DNA of 64,000 nucleotides, taken from positions 20,150,001 through 20,214,000 of the forward strand of contig NC_043009.1 of the NCBI RefSeq assembly GCF_006345805.1. The letters are read 5' to 3'. Source of the DNA: Octopus sinensis. Its lineage: Eukaryota. The position numbers and the translations under genes were made by a program. Position 1 is the stretch's first letter. Each line of letters starts with the position of its first letter. The notes under the pieces were generated by a model, which worked only from the letters and a program-made list of their open reading frames with translations, had not been told where the DNA came from and searched no databases. This document shows positions 47,682 to 61,863 of this stretch, piece after piece.

Positions 47682-50277
47682 ATAGCAACTCCTAGTTTTA
47701 GTAATTGTATTTGTTGGTGGTTTTTAACTAAGAATGAAAAAGACAGAGAGAGAGAAGTCGATTGAACTACAAGTCAACAGTGACTGAATAAACCTTAGTA
47801 CCATGATCATTCCAACCATGGCCATCCTTGTCTTTTCTCTATGCATAGAGAAGCCAGGACTATATCAACATGTACTTTAATAAAAAAGTGATAGGTTGTG
47901 ATTTGAAAGGAATTTAGCTGCTATTTCTAGCATGCTAGGTAACTACAAAGAGGTTCCCTTATTGTTATTTGTGTGTGTGTGCAAAATTAATTTCCAAGAA
48001 ACTGCGAACTCCCCAGAAACTAACGAGTGAGATTTTCTGCCAAGTCAGATCTGAACATATTTTCATTAGTCATAAAACATAATTGTTTATCTTTTAAATC
48101 AGTTTCTTGTATAAACACACACACACACACGTTATCACAGCAACAACGGGAGATATTGCCGCTGCTGTTGTTGTTGTTGCTGTAGTTGTTGGGTGGGGAG
48201 AAGAGTGGAATTATCAGTCACTTATCATGAAAAATATTTTTGAAGACCCACTTCAAAGATACAAGAGAAGACATTAAGTAGGAAGACATGCAAGATAAGA
48301 GGCCGTCCAGGTTGGATTAGAAAGCAAGGAGAGAGAGAGAAGTTAAAAAGTAGTTACATAACGAAGGTGGTTTTATGCTGTAATTGCACAGCAAATCTGT
48401 TGTGTTATCTACTTCGAATGATTAGGAAACAAGAAATGACAGCATTTGTCACTAAATGAACTGAAGATATTTATACTATAATGGAGAATGTGGCTTATTG
48501 ATTAGTGGCAATTACATAACTTTTACCAAAACAAAAAGAAAGAGCAATTAAAGTCTCCACTATGTAGAAAATTCTTAAAAATTCCAATTTTAATATATTT
48601 TTTTTTTATCAAACTGTAGTTTTAAAGTTTTTTCAACCAAACAATTTTAATTCTCTGCAAGTCTTATATTGTGAGATAACCTTCATCTCCCTTTCCATCT
48701 TTTCTTTGTTTATTTTTGATAGTTCATTCCTTTGCTATAACTTCCACTTTTCATGTTATTGTAATTCATATGATGAATGGTAATAAAAAATTATTTCCCA
48801 TTTCTGTACAATTATACTAATATGTATAAAAATATATATTGATAGAAAAGAAATAAGTTATGCAACCACATGTGTTAGAAACAACAGTAAGTTTTTCAAT
48901 ATGGTTTTTCCAGTAATTCCTGAAACATCCTAATAACTCTCAGAAAGACTGCCCACTGGGTGGTTTTCTACTGGAGATGTAAATGATTAAAAACTCAGTG
49001 GATACACAGCATTAGTCAAATAAACACATCATCAATTTAATGCCTACAATTCCATGCTTGCCTGGGGCAGATTTCCAATGGCTGGATGCCCTTTCTGTCA
49101 CCAACCTTCACCTGTTTCCAGATAAGGTAATATTCCTCTGCCCTTATGGTCAGCCATATCTTTATGGATGACTGGAAAAAGAACACTGTTTGCATGATGG
49201 TGATGCTCGTTTGGATGCCACCAAATATCAAGACACGGACCGATGCCCCCACCCCATGTATATCAAGACATGGGTCCACGCCCCCACCCTATGTATACAT
49301 GACAGGCTACTTTTAGATTCTGCCTACCAAGTTCACTCACATGGTTATGGTCAGCACTAAGTCAAATAAACACATATAGATGGTAGTAAATACACACACA
49401 ATGAAATCTTTCGGTTTCCATTTACCAAATCTGTTCTTGTGGCTTTGGCCAACCTGAAGATGCAACAGAAGATCTTTGCCCAAAGTGCCACTACACAGTG
49501 AGATTTAACTTGAAACCATTTGATTGAGAAGCTTGACCATGGCTGAGCCTTTCCATATTATGGTCAGTCTAGAAAATGTCTTTGATCCGATTCCCTTGGA
49601 GAGGCTGTTGAGGATGTGTTGAGATGCTTTTAAGAAAACTTAATTTCTTTGATTCTGTTTTTCAAGAAACACTTTCATTTTTTTTTCTTGAATTTTTCAA
49701 ATTGTAAAGGTAATTTATGGACACCCTGTTTATATCTATACATATATGTACTTATGTATGTGTGTGTGTCTTTGTAGCTGTGTTTGACCTCCCCACTGCT
49801 TGACAATCAGTGTTGGTTTGTTTACATTCCCATAACTTAGCAGTTCGGCAAAAAAGACTGATAGAATAAGTACCAAGTTTTCAAAAAATAAGTATTGGAA
49901 TCGATTTCCACTAAACTGTTCAAGGGGGTGCCCCAGCATGGCCATAGTCCAATGACAAAAACAAGTAAAAAATAAAAGATAAAAAGTGGTCTAAAGAGGC
50001 AACATTGAAACTGGAACCATTCTTAACCTCACAACCCCATATGGGGACCTAATTAAACAAAAGAATCTTCAAACAATTGTCATAAATCGTTAATTCTTCT
50101 AATTTTTGAAATAACATGAAGACTTGTTTCAAGTAGAAAACAAGTTAGAAGATCAAAAGAAAAAAAAAAACCAAGAGTGTGGGTGTGCGTGTGTGCAAAC
50201 AGCTTTCTCAAACATGAACAACATGCTTATGCTCAGATTTAATCTTTTATGTTTATAGAAAGTCCTGAAGTAAAGAG

Positions 50278-52356
50278 GATTAAAGGTGAACATGGTTGGC
50301 AGATAAGGATGATGGTGCCCTTGCTTTTAATGATTCTGCAAAGAAAGAGGCTTGGAGATGTCATTATGAAAGACTGCTGAATGTGAAGAATGAACGGGAG
50401 GAGGAGAGTCTGCCAAATGCTGACCCGACTGGGAGACCAGCTATCTGAATTGACAGTAGCTTAGTAGATAAAGCAACTAAGGATATGAAGACAGGGAAAG
50501 CTCCCGGCTCATCAGGAATCACTGCTGAGATGTGTAAAATATCTAGCAGTGTGAGTTATGGTCTAGTCACCCGTATTGTAAATCAGGTGGTTCATAAAGG
50601 AGTCATACCAAATGACTGGTGTAGCTGCACCATAGTCAACTGCTACAAGACGTTTATATCTTTGGCTAGGTATCAAATTGTTGGATCAGGTGATGAAAGT
50701 CACGGAGAGGGTCATAGCCCAGTTAATCAGGGAGAGAGTTAGTCTAGATGAGATGCAGTTTGGCTCTGTGCTACATAGAAGCATCACTGAAGCTATATTT
50801 CTGGTAAGGCAACTGCAGGAAAAATACCTAGCCAAAGATATAAACGTCTGTACTTAGCTTTTGTTGACTCAGAGAAAGCTTTTGACAGAATCCCCCAATC
50901 CCTTACCTGGTGGTCAATGAGGAAACTAGGGATAGATGAGTGGTTGGAGAGAGCTGTACAAAACCAAAGTCATAGTAAGTAGGAAGGCAGACAAATCACA
51001 AATCTCCTTCAGGTAGATGGCCCTGCTCAATCTGTAGAAAAGGCATAGGTGGAAACTCCATAAGATGCACCCAGTGTAAGCTTTCAACACACAAAAGGTG
51101 CAGCAACATCAAAGAAAGGTTAACAGAAAAACTAACTTTTGTATGTGGAAGGTGCACAGGCATAATAAATCCATGTGCAGAAAATAGACTCTGCCGGGGG
51201 GGGGGGGAGCAAGATAGAGGTAGTAAATAGCTTCCAGTATCTAGGCAACCAGGTTAATAGTGGAGGTCGTTGTTCTGAGAGTGTAGCTGTGAGAAGATTA
51301 GGCTGGGCAAAATTCAGAGAGCTCCTACCCCTGCTGTCAACAAAGGGCCTCTCCCTCAGAGTGAAAGGCAGATTGTATGATACCTATGTGTGAACAGCTA
51401 TGCTGCATGGCAGTAAAACATGAGCTATAACAGCCAAGGACATGTGTAAGCTTGAAAGAAATGAAGCGAGTATGCTTCGCTGGATGGGCAATGTCAGTGT
51501 GCATGTTCAACAGAGTGAAAGCATTTTGAGAGAAAAGTTAGGGATAAGAGGCATCAGATGTGGTGTGCAAGAGAGATGACTGCACTGGTATGGTCATGTG
51601 ATGTATATGGACAAGGACAGCTATGTAGAGAAGTGCTGATCTCTAACTGTGGAGGGAACCTGTGGTAGAGGTAGACCCAGGAAGACATGGGACGAAGTGG
51701 TGAAGCATGATCTTAGAACTTTGAACCTCACAGAGGCAATGACTTGTGACCAAGACCTTTGGCAATGTGCTGTGATGAAGAGGACCCGTCATACCAAGTG
51801 CACCCATGCTGGTGGCATGTAAAAAATGAACCTTTGAACATTGGGCATAGTGGCTGAGTTCCTTTCGAGCATTGGGCCTAATAAAAGCAAAGTGGTTGAG
51901 TTCCTTTTGAGTATTGGGCCTCACAGAGGTGAAGTGGCTGAGATCCTTTTGAGCGGGCCTCAATGAGATGAGGTGGCTGGGTTTCTTTTGAGTGTTGGGC
52001 TTCATAGTGACTGAGTTCCTTTCAAGCATTGGGCCTCATGGAGGCAAAATGGCTGAATTCCTTTCTAGTGTTGGGCCTCATGGAGGCAATGACCAAGGCC
52101 TTTGGCATTATGTTGTGCTTGAGAAGAAAACCCATCAAGCTAAGCAAAATCGCAGTCATGGCAGATACCGGTGTCACACAAATGCCGGTGACATGTAAAA
52201 GCACCCATTACACTCTTGGAGTGGTTGGCATTTTCTAGCCAGAGAAAACCATGCCAAATCAAACTGGAGCCTGGCACAGCCTTTCGGCATGCTAGCCCAG
52301 TCAAACCATCCAACCGATGCCAGCACAGACAATGGACATTAAATGATGGTGATGAT
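50278..52356 (+). mobile_element. RTE (RTE-X-like) LINE, internally deleted ORF2 plus 3' UTR and tail
   Basis: KEAWRCHYERLLN, MKTGKAPG..GI.AEM, DEMQFG, AFVD.EKAFDR, WPCSIC..C..C cysteine insert, FQYLG, WAKFRELLPLL, GRGRP.KTW; (GAT)n tail. Confidence 0.92.
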
Positions 52357-52439
52357 AATATATATATATATATATATACATACATATAAATATAAGAGGC
52401 CTGCTGCAGAACAAAGGCAAATGCAGAATTGCGCACCTG

Positions 52440-53062
52440 AAGAATCTTTCTGCATGCAATCAAGCTATATGCATTCCACTAACAGAAACACATCTGTCTG
52501 CAGACATAAATGATGCGGAGATACACAAACCAACGTATGCTATTTTCCGTACAGACAGAAGAAAAAGAAGTCACGGTGGAGTTGCAATGTACATCCGAGG
52601 AGATGTCACACCCTTAACAGTTGGTGTGTGATACACTCATAATACATCTAAAGCAACTAGATATTAGATATAGTGACGTGCACATTATATCTGCTCTCTC
52701 TACATTATATCGCCCACCTGATGCCTCAGACCATGATGGAAACTTTGAAGAAAGCCTCAGTGCAGTAAAGGAAGTACAAACACAGTTGGATCAACGTACT
52801 ATATTCCTGATGGGTGACTTCAACTTCCCCAACATCAGGTGAACTGAGGGTAACATAACAGCAAGAAATGAGGCACAAAGAGCGAAATCAAGCAGAATCT
52901 CTACTTGATCTTACGAAAATGCTATTCATGGAGCAGATCATCCTCTCTCCAACCAGGAACAAAAATATCCTGGACATTACAAACAATGTGGAAATTATCC
53001 ACAACGTAAGTATATCACCAGCAATATTCTCAGACCATAACATGATAGAACTGACAATGTAG
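52440..53062 (+). mobile_element. CR1/Jockey-like LINE APE endonuclease fragment
   Basis: LTETHL, RTDR..HGGVAMY, LYRPP, LMGDFNFP, PTRNKNILD, FSDHNMI. Confidence 0.85.
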
Positions 53063-53650
53063 GGCCCAGAATTAACTATTGATTATTGGAAAAAATTCAG
53101 AGTCTTACAGCTGTTCCTGAGATTTCTCCAAGCATGGGATATTCTGTCATCAGAGACATTATCATCATCATCATCGTTTAACTTCTGCTTTCCATGCTGG
53201 CAAGCCAGAAGGCTGCACCAGGCTCCAATCTGATCTGGCAAAGTTTCTACAGCTGGATGCCCTTCCTAATACCAACCAAGAGCGTAGTGGGTGCTTTTTA
53301 CATTCCACAAATAGGGAAAAATAGGAACATGAGAATGGTATATATGAATGAGATGACAACATAGAGGAAGGGAATAAAAGAATAAGGAGATGGAAGAAAG
53401 AAGACAAAAATGCATAGAAGTACATAGTTCAACTTTCTAAAGTTATAGAAACAAGAGCATAAGTCCTTAGGTGCATATATATAATTGTGACCTGTTCACT
53501 GACAAAACTCTGTGCTGCAGCATGGAATTTTGTCAGTGAACAGGTTACAGTTTCAAAGCAATGAAAATATTTTGACAAATTAAATTTAAATGTTGAAGTG
53601 AATCTAACAGTTTTTTGTGTGTTTTTAAATGGCTTATAATCACCTGCAAT

Positions 53651-53690
<40 letters not shown>

Positions 53691-53773
53691 ATCCATCTAT
53701 CTATATGCCAGTGGCACATAAAAAGCACCATCTAAGTGTTGTCGATGCCAGGTCTGCCTGATTGGCTCCTGTG

Positions 53774-53838
<65 letters not shown>

Positions 53839-54141
53839 TCATCATCATTATCGTCGTTTAACGTCCATTTTCCATGCAGGCATGTGTTGGTCGGTTTGAC
53901 AGAGGACTGGTGAGCCGGCTGCACTAGGTTCCAATCTGATCTGTCAAAGTTTCTACAGCTGGATGCTCTTCCTAATGCCAACCACACCGAGAATGTAGCG
54001 GGTGCTTTTTGCGTGCCACCGGCACGAGGGCCAGTCAGCAGGCACTGGCATCATACATGCATGCATACATACATACATATAGGATCGTTTGTAGAAAACA
54101 TAAATCCGGAGAAGCACACTCTAAGATGTAGAGCAGTTTAC

Positions 54142-54251
54142 ATTTTAATGGGGAAGGCCGGTTTATGGGATTATCCTGGGTTTCCCGTCCATAAACCTTT
54201 ATTGACGGGAAACCCAGGGTAATCCCATAAACCGACCTTCCCCATTAAAAT
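54142..54251. repeat. 110-bp hairpin (48-bp arms, 2 mismatches), MITE-like
   Basis: 54142-54189 versus 54204-54251. Confidence 0.85.
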
Positions 54252-55499
54252 ATGTATACACACAAAACAAGCACATCACGAATATATTGTTAATTCCTAG
54301 TAAGGCCTGATGAAGAAAAGTTGTTATCTAAATATTTTCAGAAGTAACCACTCCCTCTTACAAACACAGACACACGTGTTGTATGTGTGTGAGTTCACAA
54401 TGACACCACTTGAACAGCGGGAATATTTATGTCTCGCGGCTTAGCGGTTCTGCGTTCGAATTCCTATACAATGCACTACCTTACTTGGTGCTGGTGTCAA
54501 GGGGGCATCTGGCTGTAGAATAGTCTTTAAAAATCTCGTTCAACCCATGCTAGCATGGAAAAAAAGATGTGATGATGATGATGATGATAAAATTGAACAA
54601 AGGAAGTATTGAATCGACCCTACTTTAATGTTAACGACAAAAAAGTTATCAATGCCTGTGTGTGCGAGGGGGTGGTGGTGTATTCTTTTCCTCCACTTAG
54701 AGTGGAATATTTAACCGTTCCCGCTTGGATCCAATGAAGACTGTTTAGTTACTATGACAACAGTTATTGGTAAAAACGTTATCAGAAATAATCAAATATA
54801 TAAGTCTATATTAACAGAGACAAATTTATCAGCGTTTGTGTTCGGCCATGTGAAACAAAATAAATTGAAGATAATTCGAAGGAAAAAGGCGTTTATTTAA
54901 AGTAATGCCCAGAAGTGAGAAACACAAACAGTGAGAGTAACAGAGGAAAGAAAGAAAAGAAAAAAAAGGAAAAGGTTGGTGAAATAGAATCTTTACTATT
55001 AGAAATGATACAAAAAGTGGAAATTAATTAAAAACATATGTTTACTAAGACAGTAATTTCTAATACATAAAATATAAATGTGAGCTTAAAGGACATGTAT
55101 TATAAGTGAATGTTTAGCTTTTGGCACATTGACAATGAGAGAGAAATAAATAAAACATCGTTACCGTATCTTGTCGTTAAGACAGATGTCTACAAGAAGT
55201 GTCTGTTATGTCATCTCGATGTTGTATCTCTTCATAATTATTTCCTTCATCATCGTCTTCTTGGTGCTTCGCCCCAAAACAGCCTTCAAATAGAACACCT
55301 ATCTCAATATTCCGTTTCGTTTTCATACACAATATTTACGACCACATCATTCAATATTTTCTTTTTGTTTAAAAACGACAGGATATGATTTGACTGTATT
55401 TTCTAGCGGGTCGACCATCTCTGCAGTAGTTCCGTCGTTGATTCATTAATAAAGAAGTAATTAAGAGAAAGTTGTAAATTGCCCAATTAGCTAGATGCG

Positions 55500-55511
55500 T
55501 GCGCATGCGCA
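55500..55511. promoter_or_regulatory. NRF1 palindrome in a CpG-rich candidate bidirectional promoter
   Basis: TGCGCATGCGCA; donor-like GTAAGT at 55748 (+) and CG|GTAACG at 55165 (-) on either side. Confidence 0.55.
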
Positions 55512-55968
55512 CTGTGTCTAGAGGCTGCGTGCGTATTACGGCCGGCCGTCTCTTTTGGCGTCGGAGCGACTTTTTTCTTTCTCTCTCCGCTCTCTCTTAT
55601 ATATAATAATATTGTATAATAGTAATATTATACAATATTTCTATATAATATTACCTATATATATATATGTATAGATATAAAATATTGCTGAGTTATTATT
55701 TTTTAATTGCTATTCAGAACCTCCCCTTTTTTGCGTGATTTTACTGAGTAAGTAACATTTCAAATCCATTTCATCTCCGATTTCTTCAATTAGCCTCAAT
55801 TAAACCACACTAATTAGGTTTTCGCTTAATATATTAAAACACTTGCATGCAAGTGAAATATAAGTTGCTTCCAGATATTTCTATCTCCCATTATTTAATG
55901 CTTTATAGAAGCCAGTCTGTAATTCCATGCCTGTATTTTCTATTTTCTTTAATTTCAAATGAAATTAC

Positions 55969-56017
<49 letters not shown>

Positions 56018-58865
56018 TACCGGGTTTGAGATTCTTATAGCTTCGAAGTCTTCAATAACTTTGAAAAAAAAATTACGTTTATGATTTTCTTACTTTGGTT
56101 CAAATATTCTGCTATTTTATTCTTAATAATTCCAAATTCCATTTATTCTCCTTTCAAAGATCCAACCTGCATCCATCATATTTAATGCACGTTTTCATTA
56201 AAACAACTTTCTCTCTCTTTTTTTTATTATTATTCAAATAACTAATCTTAATGTGATTGAAAAACCTTTTTTTTTTAAGGAAGCGTGCTTTTTATAGTTT
56301 TCGTTTTTCTTCCCGGATAATATTCTCTCGCACATGGACTATTTCGCGGTTTTATATCCTCGTTGTTATTGGAGCACGAAATACTTTAAATTGTAGACTA
56401 CATTTTATTTTTGCGAATAACGTTTTTTTTTTAAAACTCTTTTTATATAAAATATCACTTTCATACTCGGACGAATTCTCTTTGATGTAAAATAGTTTCA
56501 CAATGTTGTAATTATATTTCTTGCAAGAGGTTGGCAAAAGTATTTCTAAATTCGAAAGTACTCAAAACTTTGTTTCCTCGATCTGGGCCCCGCCCTTCAT
56601 ACCAACATTTCTTATCGCACTTCTCATCTGAAGTGACTGGCTAATTCTTCTAACATTTCTTCACGAATTCATCAAACTTTAAACTCCGAAATTACTTTAT
56701 TTTTTTAAATAACTGAAAACCGCAAACTGCACAAATTTTATTCGCCTTTTATTCAACACCCGTATTCAACATTTTCTTTTTGTTAGTTCTTTTTTTTTCT
56801 TCCTGACAATTTAAATATAGTACCTGTCTGACTACTTGTCTACTTTTTTTATTTCACATCTTTGGCGGTATCTAATTATGACTACTACTATTAATTCGCT
56901 CACCCTGCTACTTGATAATGTCTACCTTAGTTGTCTTTATAGTTTTTTTTAAAATTGCTATGCTTCACTGTTTTTGCGGTTATAAATATAATATGAGAGA
57001 GAGGGAGACGGAGAGAAGTCCCGTTATCTTCAAATGTTGCTAGTTTACTTAAGTCTCAACATCTTAGCAACAGCAGTGACTTCAAATTGCTTAGTGATAA
57101 TCATTTAACCGCTAATTTTAGACTATTTTGGGCTCTAATACTAAATTGTATAAATGGAGACTTTACGAAATTTTGTTTTTCCAAAAGTTTTCCACCGTTT
57201 TCGGCAACTTTGGAAATATTAAAAACTTAACATCATTTCTTTCTGTTACTATCATTCGTAGAGTTACTGTAGCTTATATTCTATATGGAGATTTAATACA
57301 ATCAAGTTTTCTATTTTTATTATTTTACATGAAAGTAATATAGAATTGCTACAGTGCCGGATAAAATACATTGCGGTGTTCGTTCTGAGTTCAAATCCCG
57401 CCGAAGTCAACTTGAGTTTTTTTTTTTTTTTTTTTGGTGAGGTCGAAAAAATAAGGTCCCAGTCGAAGGCAATGGATTATTGGGAACATTAGAATATTGG
57501 AGAAAATGTTTTGTTTCAGATTTGTTTGTAATAACGTTGATTGTGCCAAGAAGTGCCGATCTTTGCCGTATCTTGAACAACATCGGTGGTGAAGGGTGTG
57601 TGTGGGGGTCATGCTGTATGGGAAATTGCTGGCCCTCTATTAAAAATAACAAATCATTGCTCCGGCCTAGATTCTGGAGGAATTTTCCAGATAATGGTTC
57701 GTGGTTAACCCTAACAGACGGAGGTCTAAAGGTTTATTTGTTGTTAAAGATATATCGATTTAAGAGAGAGTTTACGCCAGTTGATTGTATCTCCGTGTCT
57801 TCTAAATAAGATTCTGTGATTCAAGTTTATGGGGGTGAAAAATGTAGTTGATTTGAGTTAACTTTAGGGTTTCATTAACACTAATAAATGTAGTTAGAGC
57901 AATGAATAAAAACCGGGTCGCTTCCTTTATTCAATGGGAACCACTTCTCTTCAGCAAGCGAGGTTTGGTGAAGGCTGCACATGGTCAAATCTTCAAATCA
58001 CGCCATAAAATAAAATATTTTAAAATAGTGTGTGTGTTGGGTATCACATTGTATAACGTGCCCCCTCTCGATATAGAAAAAGAGGGAATATTTCGTACCT
58101 GGAATGTCTCTGAGATATTGGGCTAATCTACTTCACCTCACCATATTTTGCGGAGTTTTTGGAACAGTTATACATACATTGGAAGGAAAAGGATACGGAA
58201 TAGTGTTAGGAGCAAATTTACAAAATTAAAATTTTGGGATAACCATCCCAAAATTTAAATTTTGTAAATCCTTTCACAGTCGTAATCTCCGTTGGATGAA
58301 AGGCAGAAATACTACAAAAAAAAAAAAAAAAAATTCCACCCGATTCTGTGCCTTTTACCTTGTCTGTATGGTTGGGGTCGCTCCATTTATTCCTCCCCAT
58401 AATCTGTATCGATTGACATTTCGTATTATGACCGTAACTCCAAAAGAAAATACTAACAGAAACCGGAATACGAACTTGATTAAATTTTTTCGGACGATAA
58501 TAACTTCAAATATGTGTTTATTAATGGTTTGAGTGTATGAAATATGAAATTTTATGTATAAAAATACGAGTAATATTGAGTTCAATTTGTAAAATAAAAA
58601 AAACTTGTTTTATCATCTTTATAAAAACGATCTGTCGTCACTCCTATATTGGATGAAACAATGAATCTTATATATATATATATAATGAGCCACTATTAAG
58701 TCTAATATGCAGTGTCACCATCTGTCTGTCCATCCCAGACAAGCACATCAAAGGATATTAGCTGCTAAAGTTCTATACCTAAATTCATAGACACATCGAC
58801 AGGTTGTTGAGTGAATAGTGTTGAGATGTACTCAAGTTTAGCTGCCCATGTATAAAATGTATAGT

Positions 58866-58871
58866 ATATAT

Positions 58872-58930
<59 letters not shown>

Positions 58931-58943
58931 ATATATATATATA

Positions 58944-58997
<54 letters not shown>

Positions 58998-59043
58998 TAT
59001 ATATATATCCTATATAGGATATCTAAGTGTGTGATATACTATA

Positions 59044-59091
<48 letters not shown>

Positions 59092-59115
59092 ATATTAAAT
59101 GTATATATATATATA
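58866..59115. repeat. Compound (TA)n microsatellite
   Basis: Direct reading. Confidence 0.95.
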
Positions 59116-61863
59116 TTTATAATATATATAAAATCAGTACTACCTGGATAAAGTACTTGGTTTTAAATGAATTTGGTTAATTATATCAATCAGACACCAA
59201 TAAATGCAAGTAGAATATACATCCAAGGTAATTCCTCATGTATGACAAATAGATTCAAATATTTAGAAAAAATTCAAGAAATTCGGAGTATCAGGCAACA
59301 AAAATATGAGAAAATCCCATCTTCAGTTGTAGACTTCACCATACGAAACCAGCAGTTGTTTCTGTTGTATTGACATGTTTAGAAAGAGAAAATATCATTG
59401 AAACTAATATATCTGAAAAAGGTATGTTAACGTTTTCAAGGTGATCCAAGATTAGTTGACTTTACATTTTGTGTTCAGTTCCTATCAGGGTCAGTTTTGC
59501 CTTTCATCACCTTGGGTTGATTGTGTTAGCTGAATCCCTCCCCTCAAAATTGTTGGCCCTCTGCTTTAATCAGAAACTGTTAAAATATTGCCATTTAATT
59601 TAGTTTGTCACAATTATAAAACTATTTTTCATGATGTTTGGTCTTTACCCATAAATATGATGAAAGTTCATCATACAAAGATATACTGACCGAAATCTTG
59701 CTTTACAGAATCTAGTTGAACCTGTGCTAACAACTGTCCTCTTAAGTTCAGTCTTTGACGTTTGTTATACCACTTCTGTTTGAAGCGATTTGTACTAAAG
59801 ATTTTGTGCAAGGCATGAAAAAGTTTTTTATTTACTAAACTAAGGAATTGTCTATTAGCAGAAATTCTGCCAAAGGTTATTTCACTCTGATAAGGTCTAG
59901 ACATTTCTTTTTTAAATCAGCTACATTAGAGAGAATAATCTCAATTTGTCTTTGAGATTGATTTTGGTGTTGGTGTAAGCTAAAGTTAAGATTTTCCAGA
60001 GCTTCAAGTTAAAGAATGACATTTCTAAATATAACCCAGCCAATGTTTGGAACTATACTAGAACCAAATTCCTTCCTAGTGTTACATTTCTGCAATGGCT
60101 TCAAGGTTTGATTTCAAATGCTTGTTGATGTTCAAGTTCTGGACTGAAAATTTCCAGGAACTGCACTGTGGCACCTCTGTGTACCATTTTATTTTTGTAG
60201 CCTGTCACGAAACAAATATTTTGGAAACTTGAATGTTTTTAATATGCCATACTGGTACATGTGTAATTCTTTACAGCAAAATGGTGTGTGGCACACATCT
60301 GTTTTAAAAATTTCTTAATATTTATTTTATAAAACTTTAAAAAGTTGGTGTGCTTTTTAACACAAAGAAGCTTCACTGCTGGAAGCAAATTGGTTTTTAC
60401 TATTTAAATGAAAAACATTAATGAAAGCAATCCAAGAAAACTATGGGATGATTCATGAATGTGATGAGGGGTGGGGATCACCTGTTTTAAAATATGGAAG
60501 GGCAGATCAGATAATTTAGTCCTGTTAGATAAGGTGGGATGGTCATGGCTGGAATACGTTTGATCATTGGTCTGATTACAAGTTATTGGGATGTTTCTTA
60601 TTTTTTGTTGATGTGTGTAGGTAGAGAATGTATGGGGCATTAACATAACTGGGTGGAGGTGAGGGCATTGAGATGAGGAATATGTAGGGTGGGGGAGACC
60701 GTTGGAACATGTAAATTCAGGTAACTGGGCCATTGAGATATTTAAGCACAGTGAATTAATAACTCATCAGTCTCTATCATTATGTTCTTTTATGTCTGTG
60801 GCAGTTGAAGAGTTAAATTTTTTAATTAGGGACATAGACTAATTAAATTGATATCCTGCACAGAATCTGGAACTCTTTGAACCACAGTAACAACTTACTT
60901 GGTGTTCAATCCTTAACTTTGCCAGTTGTGGAATTGTTTTAAGTTGAAAAATTCTGTGATTTAGAACAGGTTTTTTTCCTTTTTATATCAACTGATTTTA
61001 AACATGTCCAATAAATCAAAGGAGCCCCTATATGGTTGTTCATTATGCTAGAAATAAGTCAGATCACCCTCAGACCATACCTTACATTCTATAATGTTGT
61101 CTGGAAATACGTTGTCAGAAATGTAAAAGCAAAAAACAAATTTGATAGTCATGGTTGGAATGCTATTGATAATAGGTTTACTTGATCAATATCAGCTTGG
61201 GGCTAAATAAGGACTTTTGAGGTAGTTTGGTCTTTCAGGGGTCAACTAAATTGCCAGATCGAACAATCTCCAGAGTACTTGTAACTCAAGATGACCACCC
61301 TCAAACATCTACCATCTCTAGTATTCAGTCTTCCCATAGTTAAGGTGTAGACACACCCACACACTTGTCAATCAGGTTCTCACCTGACTGAATGAATGGA
61401 CTTTGTGTCATAGATATGATTAAACTTCGTTGACCATTTTGACAATATTTACAATATTAAATGAAAAACTCGTGAGCCATTGCATTAGTCTTAGAACTGT
61501 GAACCTCACAGCTCTTCTATGATTTTCCCCCCAAAATTGCAGAACCCTTACCTATATTTCCCACCGCCTTAATTTTAAATTTAATTAAATAAAACATTAA
61601 ATGAAGCAAAAAAAACAAAAACATTGATTTGAAATTGATAAATAGAATTTGTTAAAAAATAGATTTTATTAAATTTTATTAAAAGAAACTTGTGGAATCT
61701 TCTATGAGGTACTCTCACCTTAGAGACACTGGTTCTATTTTCATCTATTACTTGTCACTCGTTGCTATGTTCTTTGCATCTGTTATCACAGAAATTGGTT
61801 TCAGATTCTTTTATTGGAATTCTTTGATATTTAGATTCTTGAAGGCTGCAGTAAAGTTTCAAG

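Noticed and set aside
59671-60230. Possible LINE RT relic on the minus strand
   Set aside because: Only a weak VPQ.S resemblance; too degraded to support.
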